Below, piece by piece: positions 20,344-33,818 of a stretch of 64,000 nt of DNA; the first letter of the stretch is position 1, and each line of letters opens with the position of its first letter. The DNA lies in assembly GCA_964585945.1 (NCBI GenBank), contig CAZPGB010000019.1, positions 29,159 to 93,158 of the forward strand. Direction: 5' to 3'. The translations under genes and the position numbers were made by a program. Source of the stretch: an uncultured bacterium (GTDB lineage Bacteria; Eisenbacteria; RBG-16-71-46; CAIMUX01; WJJG01). The notes under the pieces were generated by a model, which was not told the DNA's origin, did not search any database, and was given only the letters and a program-made list of their open reading frames with translations.

Positions 20344-20369
20344 CCGGAGTTGCCCCGGGGCAACTCCGG
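20344..20369. terminator. Perfect 13-bp inverted repeat (CCGGAGTTGCCCC/GGGGCAACTCCGG) between convergent genes
   Basis: Seen directly in the sequence, in the 116-bp gap between stops at 20312 (+) and 20429 (-). Confidence 0.45.
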
Positions 20370-20428
20370 GCCGTGACGCGTGCAGGAATCACGCAAGGCG
20401 CGGGCGAGCACAACCGGCGTCGGTTCTC

Positions 20429-22882
20429 CTAGTACCCACCCGTGCGCGCGATCCGGAACCCCACCGTCCCGAGCGCCGCGTCGGCCGGCGCCGAGGCGCG
20501 AGCGGCGCAGCGCAGCGCCTGCGGCGGCGACGCGAAGGACCCTCCGCGCACCAGCTTTTGCGTCCCCGTGGCCGGGCCCGCCGGATCCACCTGATCGGCG
20601 GCGCCCAGATTGTCGGACCACCAGTCGTGGCACCACTCGGCCACGTTGCCGGCCAGATCGAAGAGCGCCTCGCCCGTGGGGCTCGTGGCCGGTGGGTAGG
20701 CGCCCACCGGTGCGGGCTCGCCCAGACAGCCATCGAAGTTGGCCAGGGCGCAGTCCGGGGTCTCCTCGCCCCACGGGTAGGTACTCGCGCCGGCGCGCTG
20801 GGTCACGTACTCCCACTCCGCCTCGGTGGGCAGGCGGTAGCCGGGCGTCGTCGCGGGGCTGCCGCCGGCCAGCTCCCACGACCCGCCCCCGCCGTCGGCG
20901 TCCTGGTAGGAGTGCGGCAATCCCTCCTGGTCGTTGATCCAGTCGCAGAAGGCGGCCGCTCCGAACCAGGTCACCCCCACGACCGGCGCGTCCTCGAAGC
21001 CGGCTTGTACACCGAATCCCTGGCCGCGCCGCACGATTCGGCATCCCTCCACGTTCAGATCCAACAGGATCCTCCCGTCGGCCACAACCATGCCCGCCTC
21101 GAAGCTCACGGCGAGGCGCGCGACCGCGCGCATCAGCATTCCCACATACTGCGCGTGGGTGACCTCGTGCGACCCGATCCAGAACGAGCGGCTGAGCTGG
21201 ACGTGGTGCGGGGGATTCCCGTCGGGGGAGGCATCGCTGCCCATCTCGAACGCTCCGCGCACGGCGGTGGCCAGCGGAACCGTGGTCGGCCGCCCGGTCG
21301 TGAAGCGCCACGTGCGCGAGACGCTCTCGGCTCCTTCGGCGTCGCGGGCAACGATGCGCCAGAGATAGGTGGTGTTGTGTTCCAGCAGGTCCAGCTCGTA
21401 GCCCGTCTCCGTCAAATCCGCGGCCAGCAGGGGCAGCGGCAGCCTGGACCCGAAGTAGAGGTCATAGCGGACATCCGCGCTGCCCTCGGGATCGATGCAC
21501 GGCGACCAGGACAGACGCGGCCAGTTCGATGTGCGCTCCTGCCAGTCCTGCGGGTACGGGTCATCCGGAATCGCGGGGGCCGAGTTGGCCGCGGTCGTGA
21601 AGGTGCGCGTGCCGCTGGTGGCGGCAGCGCCCCACGTGTCGGTCGCCGTCACGAACCAGTGGTAGGTGGTCTCGGGCATGAGCGGCGACTCCGGCTCCCA
21701 CCGCGAGCCGCTCAAACCGGACGCCTGGACAGAGGGCGGGTCCTGGGGGCCCAGGTGGAGCGTGTAGACCACGTCGTCGTCCTCGGGGTCGGTGGGGCCC
21801 GACCACTGCAGGAGCGGCAGGCGCGATGCGTCCGCATCGCCGTCCTCGGGTAGTTGCAGCAGCGGCGCCACCGGCGGGCGGTTGCTCAGGTCGATCGACG
21901 CGCTGCAAGACGCGCGATGTCCCACCCAATCGTAGACGGTCAGCATGACCGTGTAGATGCCCGGCTCCGCATAGGCGTGGTCCCCCGACGAGACCCCGCG
22001 CCAGGCCTTGGTGGTCTCGTCGCCCCAGCTCCAGGCAAAGATCAGATCGTCCTTGGTGCAGACGCCTTCGCCGTCGGTGGTCTGGGAGGCGTCCACGTGC
22101 ACCGAGCGGTTGCGCGGATCGAGCTGGAAGACGAACGTGGGCAACGGATCGGTCAGATCGACGACGACCTCGCCGCTGACCACCTCCGAGATCTCCTCTC
22201 CCTGCCTCACCTGACAGGCGAGCACGTGGGCGCCGCTGGCCCCGATCGCGACGTGGAAGGAGCGTGCGATGGGCTGCCAGTCGGCCGTCTCCGGATCCGC
22301 GTCCACGGCCACGCGCATCTCCGAGGCGTGGGTGGCGAGCAGCTCGACGCCCACCTGGGCCTCCCCACTGACCGGCTCGCCACCGTTGACCGTGAGCAGC
22401 GGCTCGGCTGGAGTCGTCACCGTCACCCAGGGGGAGACGGCCGCGCCGGCGCCTTCGCCATCGAAACAGCGGATCCGGTACTCGTAGCGCGCGTCGCTCT
22501 GAACGTCGCGATCAATATGGACATCGTGCCCGGCCCCTAGGCGTTCGCTCACCGCGTAGATCTGTCCCGTGTCCGCCGCCCGGCGCTGGATCTCGATCGC
22601 GCTGTAGCGGTCCTTCTCCGGCCAGGTCCACGCGAGGGTCGCCCCCCGGCCGTCGGTGGCGGCCTGCAGTCCGAACAGCTCGGCCGCGATCTGCGGCAGC
22701 TCTTCCTGCGGAGCGTTGCCGCCCGCTGAGGTTGGGGTGTCGCGTTCGCACCCGCTGCCGGCGACGAGCCCCGCGAGAACCGCCACCACGACCAGTGCGC
22801 CGCGATGGCGCCGCACGGCCCGGCCAAGGGCGGTTGGAAAACCGGGATTGAAGCTTGGCCCGGGATTCGGTTCGAACGGCAT
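20429..22882 (-). CDS. Secreted multidomain protein (FN3/PKD-like) with C-terminal formylglycine-generating-enzyme (FGE-sulfatase/SUMF1-like) domain
   Basis: The start is probably MPFEPNPG...ALVVVAVLAGLVAGSGC (signal/lipobox). A PKD-like motif is present (GIYTVMLTVYDWVGH). FGE-domain motifs: GYRLPTEAEWEY...YPWGEE...GNVAEWCHDWW...LVRGGSFASPP..LRCAARA. Confidence 0.7.
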   Translation of the reverse strand: MPFEPNPGPSFNPGFPTALGRAVRRHRGALVVVAVLAGLVAGSGCERDTPTSAGGNAPQEELPQIAAELFGLQAATDGRGATLAWTWPEKDRYSAIEIQRRAADTGQIYAVSERLGAGHDVHIDRDVQSDARYEYRIRCFDGEGAGAAVSPWVTVTTPAEPLLTVNGGEPVSGEAQVGVELLATHASEMRVAVDADPETADWQPIARSFHVAIGASGAHVLACQVRQGEEISEVVSGEVVVDLTDPLPTFVFQLDPRNRSVHVDASQTTDGEGVCTKDDLIFAWSWGDETTKAWRGVSSGDHAYAEPGIYTVMLTVYDWVGHRASCSASIDLSNRPPVAPLLQLPEDGDADASRLPLLQWSGPTDPEDDDVVYTLHLGPQDPPSVQASGLSGSRWEPESPLMPETTYHWFVTATDTWGAAATSGTRTFTTAANSAPAIPDDPYPQDWQERTSNWPRLSWSPCIDPEGSADVRYDLYFGSRLPLPLLAADLTETGYELDLLEHNTTYLWRIVARDAEGAESVSRTWRFTTGRPTTVPLATAVRGAFEMGSDASPDGNPPHHVQLSRSFWIGSHEVTHAQYVGMLMRAVARLAVSFEAGMVVADGRILLDLNVEGCRIVRRGQGFGVQAGFEDAPVVGVTWFGAAAFCDWINDQEGLPHSYQDADGGGGSWELAGGSPATTPGYRLPTEAEWEYVTQRAGASTYPWGEETPDCALANFDGCLGEPAPVGAYPPATSPTGEALFDLAGNVAEWCHDWWSDNLGAADQVDPAGPATGTQKLVRGGSFASPPQALRCAARASAPADAALGTVGFRIARTGGY

Positions 22883-23131
22883 GATCCTGTCCTCCCATCG
22901 GCCGCTGGAATCCGGAGGAGTCGCGCTCCACGTGGCCTGCGTATGCATCGGCAGATTCCCGGCCGACGTTGAGATCTGCACACCGCGCTCATCCCCTCCA
23001 AGGTGTCACATTTCAATCAGTTGCAGCATTTCAACCACCGCGGACATCTGGGAGGCGCCACGAGCTTGGACTGGTTTCGCGCCGCCGCCGCGCGTATCCT
23101 GCCGTCACGTGAGGAGGAGAAGGAGGCATCG

Positions 23132-24781
23132 ATGGGCTTCGAGCTTGTAGGTCGCGCCGAGGGCAAGATCGTTCGCATTCCGCTCGCCGAGGGCGTCAAC
23201 CGGATCAACCGCAGCCGGCTGAAGGAGCTGGACCTGAGGGCGCCATCGGTCTCGCGCGAGCACGCACAGATCGAGATCAACGGCGCCGAGGCGACCATCC
23301 GCGACCTGGGCAGCAGCAACGGCACGCTGGTCGATGGCCAGCTCGTGCTTGAGCCCCAACCCCTCACACCCGGCGCCGCGATCCGGTTCGGCGACGTGGA
23401 GCTGGTTTTCCAGGACTCCAACGCTCCGATCGCCGACGCCGCGCGGCGCGAGAGCATGCTGGCCCGTCCCGACGAGGTGAGCGCAACCGCCGTGCTCAGC
23501 TTCGACGAGGTGCGCGCCGCACTGGACAAGCCGGCCGCCGGCGATCAGGCGCTCATCCAGACCCTGAGCGAGGCGGGCGAGATCCTGGTGCGTCCCCGCT
23601 CGCTCGAAGAGACGCTCGATGCCTTGATGGACCTGGTCGAGCGCGTGATCACCGCGCGGCGCATCCTGCTGCTGCTCAACGAGGAGGGCGAGGAGGAGCC
23701 GCAGCTACGAGCCGCCCGTCCGGCCACGCACACCGAAGACCGCCTGATCCTCAGCCGCACGCTGGTCAACACGGTGCTGCAGGACCGCAAGGCCCTGCTG
23801 CTGGCCGACACGATGGCCGACGACCGGTTCAAGGACCAACAGAGCATCGTGCAACTCAACCTGCGCTCGGCCATGGTGGCGCCGCTGTTTGACAACACGC
23901 AGGTGATCGGACTGCTCTATTCCGACTCCGATGATCCGCGCACGCTCTTCGATCGCGACAAGCTGCGGGTCTTCTCCCTGCTCGCCAACCTGATCGCGGT
24001 CAAGATCACCAACACCCGTCTGCAGGAGGTGGAGCGGGAGAAGGAGCGCATGACCCAACAGCTCGAGGTGGCGGCCATGCTGCAGAAGCGCTTGCTGCCC
24101 GACGCGCTGCCGGAGGTATCCGGCTACGAGCTGCTGGCGCGCCAACTGCCCTGCTTCGAGGTGGCCGGCGACCTCTACGACGTGTCGCTGCTCGACGACG
24201 GACGTCTGGTGCTGGCCTTGGGCGACGTGACCGGCAAGGGTATCGGCGCCTCGCTTCTGATGGCCAACGTGATGGCCAGCCTGCGCGTGCTCTACCAGGA
24301 GCCGCCCGACCTGGGCGTGTGGATCGATCGCATCCACCGCCAGATCCTGCAATCCTCCGACGAGCTGCACTCGGTGACGCTCTTCCTGGGGCTGCTCGAT
24401 CCGCACACGCATCGGCTGGAGTACGTCAGCGCGGGCCACGATCCGGTGCTCGTGATTCCCGCTGCGGGCGAGGCGCTGCAGCTCGCGGCCACCGGGCTGC
24501 CGGCGGGCATGATCCGCGGGATGACCTACGAAGTGGCCTCCGTCGACCTGGCCCCCGGGACCCTGGTCGCGATCTACTCCGACGGGATCCGCGAAGCGAT
24601 GCAGGACGAGGAGGACGTGGAGACGATGTTCGGGCTCGAGCGGATGGAAGCCGGGCTGCGCAGCCGGGCCGCCGGATCGCTGGCGGAGATGGCCGATGGG
24701 CTGCTCGGCGAGCTCAACGATCACGTGGGCCGGACGACGCACGACGACGACGTCTCGCTCCTGTTGGTGCGCCGGCGATAG
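23132..24781 (+). CDS. FHA - GAF - PP2C/SpoIIE-type serine/threonine phosphatase
   Basis: Strong RBS GGAGGAGAAGGAGG before MGFELVGRAE. FHA motifs: VSREHAQI...LGSSNGTLVDGQLV. PP2C/SpoIIE motifs: GDLYDV...ALGDVTGKGIGASLLMA...LDPHTHRLEYVSAGHDP...IYSDGIREA. Confidence 0.8.
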   Translation: MGFELVGRAEGKIVRIPLAEGVNRINRSRLKELDLRAPSVSREHAQIEINGAEATIRDLGSSNGTLVDGQLVLEPQPLTPGAAIRFGDVELVFQDSNAPIADAARRESMLARPDEVSATAVLSFDEVRAALDKPAAGDQALIQTLSEAGEILVRPRSLEETLDALMDLVERVITARRILLLLNEEGEEEPQLRAARPATHTEDRLILSRTLVNTVLQDRKALLLADTMADDRFKDQQSIVQLNLRSAMVAPLFDNTQVIGLLYSDSDDPRTLFDRDKLRVFSLLANLIAVKITNTRLQEVEREKERMTQQLEVAAMLQKRLLPDALPEVSGYELLARQLPCFEVAGDLYDVSLLDDGRLVLALGDVTGKGIGASLLMANVMASLRVLYQEPPDLGVWIDRIHRQILQSSDELHSVTLFLGLLDPHTHRLEYVSAGHDPVLVIPAAGEALQLAATGLPAGMIRGMTYEVASVDLAPGTLVAIYSDGIREAMQDEEDVETMFGLERMEAGLRSRAAGSLAEMADGLLGELNDHVGRTTHDDDVSLLLVRRR

Positions 24782-24874
24782 CATCGACCAGCAGAAGGCG
24801 GCGGGCCCGTCTGGAACCCGCCGCCCTGGTGAGCTTCGCTCGGATAGGCGCGCGGTAACGCGCCCCGCGTCCAC

Positions 24875-25909
24875 CTAGATCTCGATCTCCTCGGTCCAAC
24901 CGTACTTGTCTTCGGCTTCCCCGTACTGAAGCGCCGTCAGCGCGTTGTACAACTCCGTGCAATGGGGACCCGGCTTCCCGTCGGGCAGGTAGACGATCTC
25001 CTTGCCGCGGAACTGGATCGCCTCAATCGGCGTGATGACCGCCGCCGTGCCGCACGCGCCGGCCTCCACGAAGTCGCCCAGCTCCTCGGCCTGCACGATG
25101 CGCTCCTCCACCGTATACCCCATGTCGGCCGCAAGCGTGCGCAGCGACATGTTGGTGATCGACCGCAGAATGGCGGGCGACTTGGGGGTCACGTAGCGCT
25201 TGTCTTTCGTGATGCCGAAGAAGTTGGCGGCGCCCAGCTCCTCGATGAAGTTGTGTTCCTTGGCGTCCAGATAGAGCGCCTCGCCGTAGCCCTTGGATCG
25301 GGCCTCCATCGTCCCGCGCATGCCGGCCGCGTAGTTGCCGCCCGCCTTGGCCGAGCCCATCCCCATCGGGGCGGCCCGGTCGCGGGTCTCATCGACGATG
25401 AGCTTAGTGGGCGTGAAGCCCGACTTGAAGTAGGGTCCCACGGGGATGGTGAGAACGAGGAAGGTGTACTCGTCGGCGGGCCGCACGCCGATCCGCGCCC
25501 CGGTGCCGATCACCAGGGGTCGCACGTAGAGCGCGGCGCCGGTGCCGTACGGAGGGACGAACCGCTTGTTCGCCCGCACCACGCGCCGCACGGCGCTCTT
25601 GAAGAGCTCGATCGAGGGGGCCTCCATCATCATCATGTGGGAAGAGTGCTGCATGCGCTTGGCGTTCTCGTCCACGCGGAAGCTGAGGACGCGCCCATCC
25701 TTGGCCTCGTAGACCTTGAGCCCCTCGAACGCGGCCTGTCCGTAGTGCAGGCAGGTGGCCGCGATGTGCACGGGCATCGTCTCTTCGCTGCTCTCGGTGC
25801 CTTCGTCCCACCGGCCGTCGCGCCAGACATAGCGAACGTTGATGCCCGCTTTGGTGTACGCGAACGGAAGGCTCTTCCAGTCGAGATCGGCCCGCTCGGT
25901 GATCGGCAT
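24875..25909 (-). CDS. ilvE: Branched-chain amino acid aminotransferase (fold-type IV PLP enzyme)
   Basis: Full-length match to type-II BCAT, including ...AAFEGLKVY...GGNYAAGM...EELGAANFF... Confidence 0.9.
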   Translation of the reverse strand: MPITERADLDWKSLPFAYTKAGINVRYVWRDGRWDEGTESSEETMPVHIAATCLHYGQAAFEGLKVYEAKDGRVLSFRVDENAKRMQHSSHMMMMEAPSIELFKSAVRRVVRANKRFVPPYGTGAALYVRPLVIGTGARIGVRPADEYTFLVLTIPVGPYFKSGFTPTKLIVDETRDRAAPMGMGSAKAGGNYAAGMRGTMEARSKGYGEALYLDAKEHNFIEELGAANFFGITKDKRYVTPKSPAILRSITNMSLRTLAADMGYTVEERIVQAEELGDFVEAGACGTAAVITPIEAIQFRGKEIVYLPDGKPGPHCTELYNALTALQYGEAEDKYGWTEEIEI

Positions 25910-26054
25910 GCTCGTGACCCTCCCTATCTAGGCTAAATGCGTGACTTCAAAGAGCATGACAGCATAGCACCGGCCGAATCGACCTGCCACCCCAAAAGAG
26001 GGATCGTCCAACCGACGATGGGACAAGGGATGAGCGGGCAAACGCACCGGACGT

Positions 26055-28475
26055 GTGGGTGGCTGTGCTAAAATGGGTGGCATGGAACCGCACCCCTGGC
26101 CGTGGCAACCGATCCGTCCGCTCGTCCGAGCCCCTCGGCGCTTTCAGGAGACCATCTGCGGGGCGGCTCTGGGGCTGTCTCTGCTCGCGCTCCCGAGTGG
26201 CGCCGAGACGTACCTGGTCAATCCCCAGGGGACCGGAGACTTCCCGACGATCCAGGCCGCGGTGGACGGCGCCGCGCCCGGCGACACGATCGCGCTGGCC
26301 GACGGCGTCTTCACCGGAGAGGGCAACCGCGACATCGATCCGGCGGGCAAGCCGTTGACCATCCAGAGTCTGAGCAACGATCCTCAGGTATGCGTGCTCG
26401 CCTGCGACGGCTCGGCGCGCGGCGTTTGCTTCATCACCGCCGAAGGGCCCGACACGTCCATCCGCGGACTGACGATTCGCGAAGGCTTCGCGCCCGACGG
26501 CGGGGGCGCCGTGCTGTGCCGGGGCTCCTCGCCCACGATCGAGAACTGCGTCTTCGATCGCGATTCGACCCTCAGCTACGGGGGCGCGGTGTTCTGCGAC
26601 GCCGGGGCCGCCCCCACGATCAGCGGCTGCACGTTCCTCCGCTGCCGCGCCGAGGCCACCGGCGGTGCGCTTGACGCCTACCAATCCTCGCCGACCATCA
26701 CGTCGTGCACGTTCTACGCCAACGGCGCCGCGATCGAAGGGGGCGCACTGAGCTGTCGCTCCTCGTCGCTGTCGCTCACCCGGTCGATCCTCGCCTTCAG
26801 CACCGAGGGCGAAGGGCTGGCCGTATCGGGCACGGGCACGTGGAGCATCGGGTGCTGCAACCTCTACGCCAACGCCCACGGCGACTGGATCGGGTCGCTC
26901 GCGCCGCTGCGGGGCCAGGACGGGAACATCTCCCTGCCGCCTCTCTTCTGCGACCCTCTCGGCGGCGATCTGCGCATCGGCGACGCCTCAGCCTGCGCGC
27001 CCGAACACTCCGGCGGCTGCGGTCTGATCGGCGCCCAGGAAGTCGGTTGCGCAGCGACCGTCTACCGCGTCAACGCTCAGGGCACCGGCGACTTCCCCAC
27101 CATCGGCGCGGCCGTGCAGGTCGCGCCCGAAGGCGCGTTGATCGAGCTGGAGGACGGAACCTACACCGGCAACGGCAACCGCGACATCTTCCTCCAGGGG
27201 CGGCGGGTGATCCTCCGCTCGCGCAGCGGCGATCCCCATCGGTGCATCCTGGACTGTGAGGGCAGCGAAACCGCTCAGCATCGCGGTTTCTACTTCCAGC
27301 GCGGGGAGACGCGCGAGACCGTCCTGGAGGGGATCACGGTGCGGGGCGGCTACTACTACTCGGGGGCCGGGATCCGCTGCAACTTCAGCAGCTCGCCCAC
27401 GATCAAGAACTGCCGCCTCGTCGACTGCGGCTCCCCACACGCCGGCGGCGGCCTTCACTGTACAACCTCCGATCCGGCCGTTCTGGGCTGCGCGCTCGAC
27501 AACAACTGGTCCGACTACGGGGGCGGCGTGATCAGCTTCTTCGGCGCCCGCCCCACGCTGACCGACTGCGTGATCTCCAACAACTGGGCGCTCAGCCGGG
27601 CCGGCGGCGCAAGCTCCTCCGAGTGCGCGCCCACCTACATCCGCTGCACCTTCAGCGGCAACAGCGCCCCCGTGGCCGGCGGCGTCTTCAGCACCGACGA
27701 CGAGGTCCGCTTCCGCGACTGCCTGTTCGTCGGCAACGAGGCGAGCCAGGGCGGCGGTGCGCTCTACTGCCGGGACGCGCTCCTCTGCTCGGTCACGGGC
27801 TCCACGTTCAGCGGCAATGGTGCCGCCGACGGCAGCGGTCTCTACTGCGAGAACTCGACGCCCGGTTTGATGCGCACGATCCTCGCCTTCGGGACGCAGG
27901 GCGCGGCGGTCCACTGCGCGGGCGGCCAGCCCATCCTGCTCTGCTGCGACGTCTACGGCAACGCGGGCGGCGATTGGGTGGGGTGCATCGCCGAGCAGTA
28001 CGGCGTGGAGGGCAACATCAGCGCCGACCCGCTCTTCTGTGACGATCTGAACCCGCTGCTCCCCTACTTGCTGCAGGGCGCCTCGCCTTGCGCGGCGGAG
28101 AACAATCCGAGCTGTGGTCAGATCGGCGCCTTTCCGATCGGGTGCGCAGCTCCCCAGGATGTCCCCCACGGCGGCCTTCCTTCGTGGCGGGAGCCCCACC
28201 TGTCGATTGCACCCAACCCCATGACCGCTACGGCCGCGCTCATCTGCCGCATCTACGCGGGTGCGGGCGCTCGGCAACCGGTACGCGTGGAGATCGTGGA
28301 TGCGAGCGGCCGGCTCGTGCGGCGGCTGCTGAACGCCGAGCTACCGGGCGGTTGCCACCGCGTGACGTGGGACGGGTGCGACCGGGCCGGCCGTCCCGCG
28401 CCTGCCGGCGCCTACTTCGGCCGGCTGATCGCGGGAGGCCGCGAGACCCAACGACGCCTCTTGGTCGTGCGCTGA
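26055..28475 (+). CDS. Secreted tandem right-handed beta-helix protein with C-terminal T9SS sorting domain
   Basis: Signal peptide present. The module GTGDFPTIQAAVDGAAPGDTIALADGVFTGEGNRDID is duplicated as GTGDFPTIGAAVQVAPEGALIELEDGTYTGNGNRDIF. Many GGA(L/I)xC beta-helix rungs follow. CTD: VRVEIVDASGRLVRRLLNAELPGGCHRVTWDG...GAYFGRL. Confidence 0.7.
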   Translation: MGGCAKMGGMEPHPWPWQPIRPLVRAPRRFQETICGAALGLSLLALPSGAETYLVNPQGTGDFPTIQAAVDGAAPGDTIALADGVFTGEGNRDIDPAGKPLTIQSLSNDPQVCVLACDGSARGVCFITAEGPDTSIRGLTIREGFAPDGGGAVLCRGSSPTIENCVFDRDSTLSYGGAVFCDAGAAPTISGCTFLRCRAEATGGALDAYQSSPTITSCTFYANGAAIEGGALSCRSSSLSLTRSILAFSTEGEGLAVSGTGTWSIGCCNLYANAHGDWIGSLAPLRGQDGNISLPPLFCDPLGGDLRIGDASACAPEHSGGCGLIGAQEVGCAATVYRVNAQGTGDFPTIGAAVQVAPEGALIELEDGTYTGNGNRDIFLQGRRVILRSRSGDPHRCILDCEGSETAQHRGFYFQRGETRETVLEGITVRGGYYYSGAGIRCNFSSSPTIKNCRLVDCGSPHAGGGLHCTTSDPAVLGCALDNNWSDYGGGVISFFGARPTLTDCVISNNWALSRAGGASSSECAPTYIRCTFSGNSAPVAGGVFSTDDEVRFRDCLFVGNEASQGGGALYCRDALLCSVTGSTFSGNGAADGSGLYCENSTPGLMRTILAFGTQGAAVHCAGGQPILLCCDVYGNAGGDWVGCIAEQYGVEGNISADPLFCDDLNPLLPYLLQGASPCAAENNPSCGQIGAFPIGCAAPQDVPHGGLPSWREPHLSIAPNPMTATAALICRIYAGAGARQPVRVEIVDASGRLVRRLLNAELPGGCHRVTWDGCDRAGRPAPAGAYFGRLIAGGRETQRRLLVVR

Positions 28476-28478
28476 CGC

Positions 28479-30398
28479 CTAGCGCAGCCGGAAGGCCAGC
28501 ACCGCCAGCGGCGGCAACGTCACGTTCAGCGATTGACGAAACCCGTGCATGCCCACCGGCCGCGCTCCCGCGCCACCCAGGTTCCCCTGGCCGCTTCCCC
28601 CGTAGAGCGGCGCATCGCTGTTGAGCGCCTCTTCCCAGTAGCCGTCGGCGGGCACGCCCAGCCGGTAGTTGGGACGCACGATCGGCGTGAAGTTGCAGAC
28701 AAAGACCAGCGGACGCGACGCGTCGTCCCCGCGCCGCAGAAACGCCAGCACGCTCTGCTCGGAGTCGTTGCAGTCGATCCACTGGAATCCGCTCGGCTCG
28801 ACATCCCGGCGATGAAGCGCCGACTCACCGCGCAGAAACGTGTTCAGGTCGCGCACCCACCGTTGGAGCTGGGCATGGCGATCGTCCTGCAGCAGATGCC
28901 AATCGAGACTGCGGCTGTGATTCCACTCCGACCACTGCCCGAATTCATTGCCCATGAAGAGTAGCTTCTTTCCTGGGTGAGCGAACATGTAGCCGTAGAG
29001 CAGGCGCAGGTTGGCGAAGCGCTGCCAGTCGTCGCCCGGCATCTTGCCGATCATCGAGCCCTTTCCGTGCACGACCTCGTCGTGCGAGAAGGGCAGGATG
29101 AAGTTCTCGTGGAATGCGTACAGCAGGCTGAAGGTGAGCCGGCTGTGGTGGAACCTGCGGTGGATCGGGTCCCTGGATATGTAGTCCAGCGTGTCGTGCA
29201 TCCATCCCATGTTCCACTTCATGTTGAAGCCAAGCCCACCCAGATGCGTCGGACGCGAGACGATGGGCCACGCGGTCGACTCCTCGGCGATCATCATCAC
29301 GTCCGGATGGCACTCGAAAACCAGCTCGTTGAGACGCTTCAGGAACGCAATCGCCTCGAGGTTCTCGCGTCCGCCATAGCGGTTGGGAATCCACTCCCCC
29401 TCTTGGCGGGAGTAGTCCAGATAGAGCATCGAGGCGACGGCATCCACGCGCAGACCGTCGATGTGATACTCCTCCATCCAGAACAGCGCGTTGCTAAGCA
29501 GGAAGTTGGCCACCTCGTTGCGACCGTAGTTGAAGACGAACGTCCCCCAGTCGGGTTGCTCGCGCTGGCGCGGGTCGGCGTGCTCGTAGAGGTGGGTGCC
29601 GTCGAAGAAGCCCAGCCCATGGGCGTCGCGCGGGAAGTGGGCCGGCACCCAGTCGAGGATCACCCCGATGCCCGCCTGGTGGAGCGTGTCGACCAGGTAG
29701 CGGAAGTCGTCGGGCGACCCGAACCTGCTGGTGGGCGCGTAGTATCCGATGCACTGGTAGCCCCATGAGCTGTCCAGCGGATGCTCGGAGACCGGCATCA
29801 GCTCGACGTGGGTGAAGCCCATCTCGCGGACGTAGTCGGCGAGCTGGTGGGCGGTCTCGCGATACGTGAGCCAGCGGTCGCCCTCCTCCGGCTTCCGCCG
29901 CCAGGAGGCCAGATGCACCTCGTAGATCGAGATCGGCCGCTCAAGACCGTTGCGCTCTGCGCGCGTGCGCATCCACGCTTGATCGCCCCAGCGGTAGCAG
30001 CCCAGATCCCAGACCACCGAGGCGGTCTGCGGTCTGAGCTCGCTGGCGAAGCCGTAGGGGTCGGCTTTGTCGAAGACGGCCTCGTGGTCGCGTCCGGTGA
30101 TGAGGTACTTGTAACGGGCGCCCACCGCGGCGTCGGGCACGAAGGTCTCCCACACGCCGCTGTCGCCGCGGCTGCGCATCGGGTGCGCGGTCCGGTCCCA
30201 GTCGTTGAAGTCGCCGATCACCGCCACGGAGCGCGCGTTGGGCGCCCAGACGGTGAACCAGACGCCGGCCTTCCCGCCCACCTCTCCCGGGTGCGCGCCC
30301 AGCTTCTTCCAGGCTTGGTAGTGCTGACCTTCCATCAACAGATGAAGGTCGTAGTCCGTCAAGAAGGTTTTGGTGTTGGATTGCGCGTCGGTTGTCAT
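28479..30398 (-). CDS. glgB: 1,4-alpha-glucan branching enzyme
   Basis: Start at [27 protein letters not shown] with a GAGGA RBS. Full-length GH13 GlgB similarity. Confidence 0.9.
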   Translation of the reverse strand: MTTDAQSNTKTFLTDYDLHLLMEGQHYQAWKKLGAHPGEVGGKAGVWFTVWAPNARSVAVIGDFNDWDRTAHPMRSRGDSGVWETFVPDAAVGARYKYLITGRDHEAVFDKADPYGFASELRPQTASVVWDLGCYRWGDQAWMRTRAERNGLERPISIYEVHLASWRRKPEEGDRWLTYRETAHQLADYVREMGFTHVELMPVSEHPLDSSWGYQCIGYYAPTSRFGSPDDFRYLVDTLHQAGIGVILDWVPAHFPRDAHGLGFFDGTHLYEHADPRQREQPDWGTFVFNYGRNEVANFLLSNALFWMEEYHIDGLRVDAVASMLYLDYSRQEGEWIPNRYGGRENLEAIAFLKRLNELVFECHPDVMMIAEESTAWPIVSRPTHLGGLGFNMKWNMGWMHDTLDYISRDPIHRRFHHSRLTFSLLYAFHENFILPFSHDEVVHGKGSMIGKMPGDDWQRFANLRLLYGYMFAHPGKKLLFMGNEFGQWSEWNHSRSLDWHLLQDDRHAQLQRWVRDLNTFLRGESALHRRDVEPSGFQWIDCNDSEQSVLAFLRRGDDASRPLVFVCNFTPIVRPNYRLGVPADGYWEEALNSDAPLYGGSGQGNLGGAGARPVGMHGFRQSLNVTLPPLAVLAFRLR

Positions 30399-30454
30399 GG
30401 TGTGTCCTCGAGCGATCATGTACTGGGCGCCGTCCTCGCGATGCGGAGCGGCGC

Positions 30455-33817
<3,363 letters not shown>

Positions 33818-33818
33818 C

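Noticed and set aside
19854-21853. 485-aa (-) and 505-aa (+) ORFs
   Set aside because: Wrong-frame or antisense shadows of the FGE-domain gene.
22990-23131. Possible sigma-54 (-24/-12) element upstream of the FHA-GAF-PP2C gene
   Set aside because: The GG/GC spacing is off by one relative to TGGCAC-N5-TTGCA, so it was not called.
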